DNA of 63,504 bases, the filler included, from Octopus bimaculoides (taxonomy: Eukaryota): assembly GCF_001194135.2 (NCBI RefSeq). It is 4 parts of 3 records of this genome, joined end to end, with 100 filler letters (N's around TTAATTAATTAA, not from the genome) between each part and the next. Parts side by side here need not be neighbours in the genome. Positions count along the whole stretch, not along the records: positions 61,457 to 63,504 come from NC_068992.1; 3 more parts are not named here. One strand, given 5' to 3'. The translations under genes and the position numbers were made by a program. Position 1 is the stretch's first letter. Each line of letters opens with the position of its first letter. Below are positions 61,640-63,504 of the stretch, piece by piece. The notes beneath the pieces were generated by a model. That model saw nothing but the letters and a program-made list of their open reading frames with translations. It did not search any database and had not been told where the DNA came from.

Positions 61640-63504
61640 GTGGTAAGCTTGCAGAATCGGTTGCACGCCGGGCAAAATGTTTAGCGGCATTTCACCCGTC
61701 TATACATTCTGAGTTCAAATTCCACCGAGGTCGACTTTGCTTTTCATCCTTTCGGGGTCGATGAAATAAGTACCAGTTGAATACTGAAGTTGATCTAATC
61801 GACTTATTCCCTGAAATTGCTGGCCTTGTGCCAAAATTTGAAATTAATATATTTATATAAAGATTCAAATCTTCATTGGGTTGATGAAAGTGCCGCCATT
61901 TCTTTAATAACTTCTGCAGTGTGCTTCATTATTGGAAAACTACGTTAAGGGAACACGTGTCTGTGGAATGCTCAGCCACTTGCACGTTAATTTCACGAGC
62001 AGGCTGTTCCGTTGCTCTGGTCAACTGGAACCCTCATCGCCGTAACCGACGGAATGCCACGACAATGTTGTTGTTGTTGTTGCTCTGGTTGGTTCTCCCA
62101 GTCTTCCCTGGTTGTAACCAACAGCAGTGAGGTTTCTGGATGTCATGGTTTGCTCCTGATATTCAGGACCTGGCAGTTTCATTTGCTTACTCAGGGGTAG
62201 AGCCTGGTGTCGCCCCCTAGGACCGACAACTTCCAGGATTTGCTTTTGTTGTTTTTGTTTTTTCTGAATCCTCGGTGCAAGGGGGATAACTGATCTTACA
62301 TCTGTTTTAATCGGTCATTTCCTGCAGTTTAAGCGTTTTTAGCGCAGGCAATAGGGGAGTCTAAATTCCTTTCTGCTCCAGGTGAAAGGCTTGCAATCTT
62401 TGGGGATGGGGATAGTCGATTACATCGACCCCCAAGCCTCAACTGTTATTTATTGCTATCGATCCTGAACGGATGAAACGCAAAGTCGACCTCGGCGGAA
62501 ACTCAGAACGTAAAGGCGGACGAAATATGGCTAAGCATTTTTCTCGGCGTGCTAAATTCTGCAAGCTGCCTTAAAGAAGTGGGTGGGGGGAAAAGAATCT
62601 AAATTGAACAGCATTATACACCAAATTACTTGAAAACATTTCTTAAACTTCATTCTTCACAACAGTAAATAACAGAGTGGGAACAAATCCGTTCAAGTGC
62701 ATACAGTAAAAGTAAAAAAACAAAACAAAAACAAAACAAAAAAAACAACAAAAAAAGTTCTCTGCACATTACTGTATCGTGTCCCAGGACATTTTGGGCC
62801 GGTTAGCCGGTTTCCATGGCGTCTAAGTGACCAAGATCACAACATTTTTCCCTTAACGGGACACTTGCCCTTCCCAGGATTACTCATTTCTGGGAGCTGA
62901 GTGAACTGGAGCAACGTGAAATGAAGGGCTTTACTCAAAAACATAACACATCACCGAGTAAAAGAAGCGAAACCCTGTCTTGAGATTGCGAATGCAACTG
63001 CCTAACCACTACTCCACGCGTCTTTATGGAGTGCTTATAGCCCGGTAATATTTCCAACCTTCTAAGGCGGTGAGCTGGCAGAAACGTTAGCACGCCGAGC
63101 GAAATACTTAGCGGTATTTTGTCTGTCTTTACGTTCTGAGTTCAAACTCTATCGAAGTCGATTTTGTTTTTCATCCTTCGGGGTCGATAAATTAAGTACC
63201 AGTTACGTATTGGAGTCGATCTAATCGACTGGCCCCATCTCCAAAAATGTGAGGCCTTGTGCTTAGAGTAGAAAAGGATATTTCCTATCTTTTAAGGCGG
63301 CGAGCTGGCAGAAACGATAGCACGCCGGAAGAAATGCTTAGCGGTATTACGTTTGTCTTTACGTTCTGAGTTCAAATTCCGCCGAGGTCGACTTTGCCTT
63401 TCATCCTTTCGGGGTCGATAAATTAAGTACCAGTTATGTTTAGCCCCTTTGCAGGCAATAAAGAAATAAGAAACAATAGCACGCCGGGCGAAATGCTTAG
63501 CGGT
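61640..63504. mobile_element. SINE-rich terminal block: family B at about 61640-61850 (+), 62400-62575 (-), 63063-63275 (+), 63293-63470 (+), 63478-end (+); family C-like at 62760-63020 (-)
   Basis: Direct matches to the family B and C motifs above. Confidence 0.85.

Overview
Eukaryotic, AT-rich, microsatellite-dense genomic DNA with many N gaps. The SINE and LINE content points to an octopus genome (inference from repeat motifs, not a database match). Three artificial 100-bp linkers (44 N + TTAATTAATTAA + 44 N at 31055, 46505 and 61357) split the window into four joined pieces, so adjacency across them is unproven. The only well-supported host gene is the 5' part of a minus-strand secreted-protein gene I cannot assign to a family: a TATA promoter plus three phase-matched exons at 3008-2945, 1828-1668 and 775-605. 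Most other explainable sequence is transposon debris. This includes two abundant tRNA-derived SINE families and a third rarer one, about ten R4/Dong-type LINE pieces stacked in (TAA)n arrays, RTE, BovB-like and L1/Tx1 fragments, and a Penelope-like GIY-YIG remnant with no visible RT. It also includes piggyBac, hAT, Tc1/mariner, Tigger and Helitron remnants and a 425-bp foldback element. The best leads are the secreted protein, a near-canonical minimal hammerhead ribozyme in its intron, a hAT transposase-ankyrin chimera, and a speculative spliced 50-aa small ORF. There are no CRISPR arrays, rRNA or true tRNA genes. Nearly all long ORFs in the supplied track are artefacts of microsatellites and N runs.
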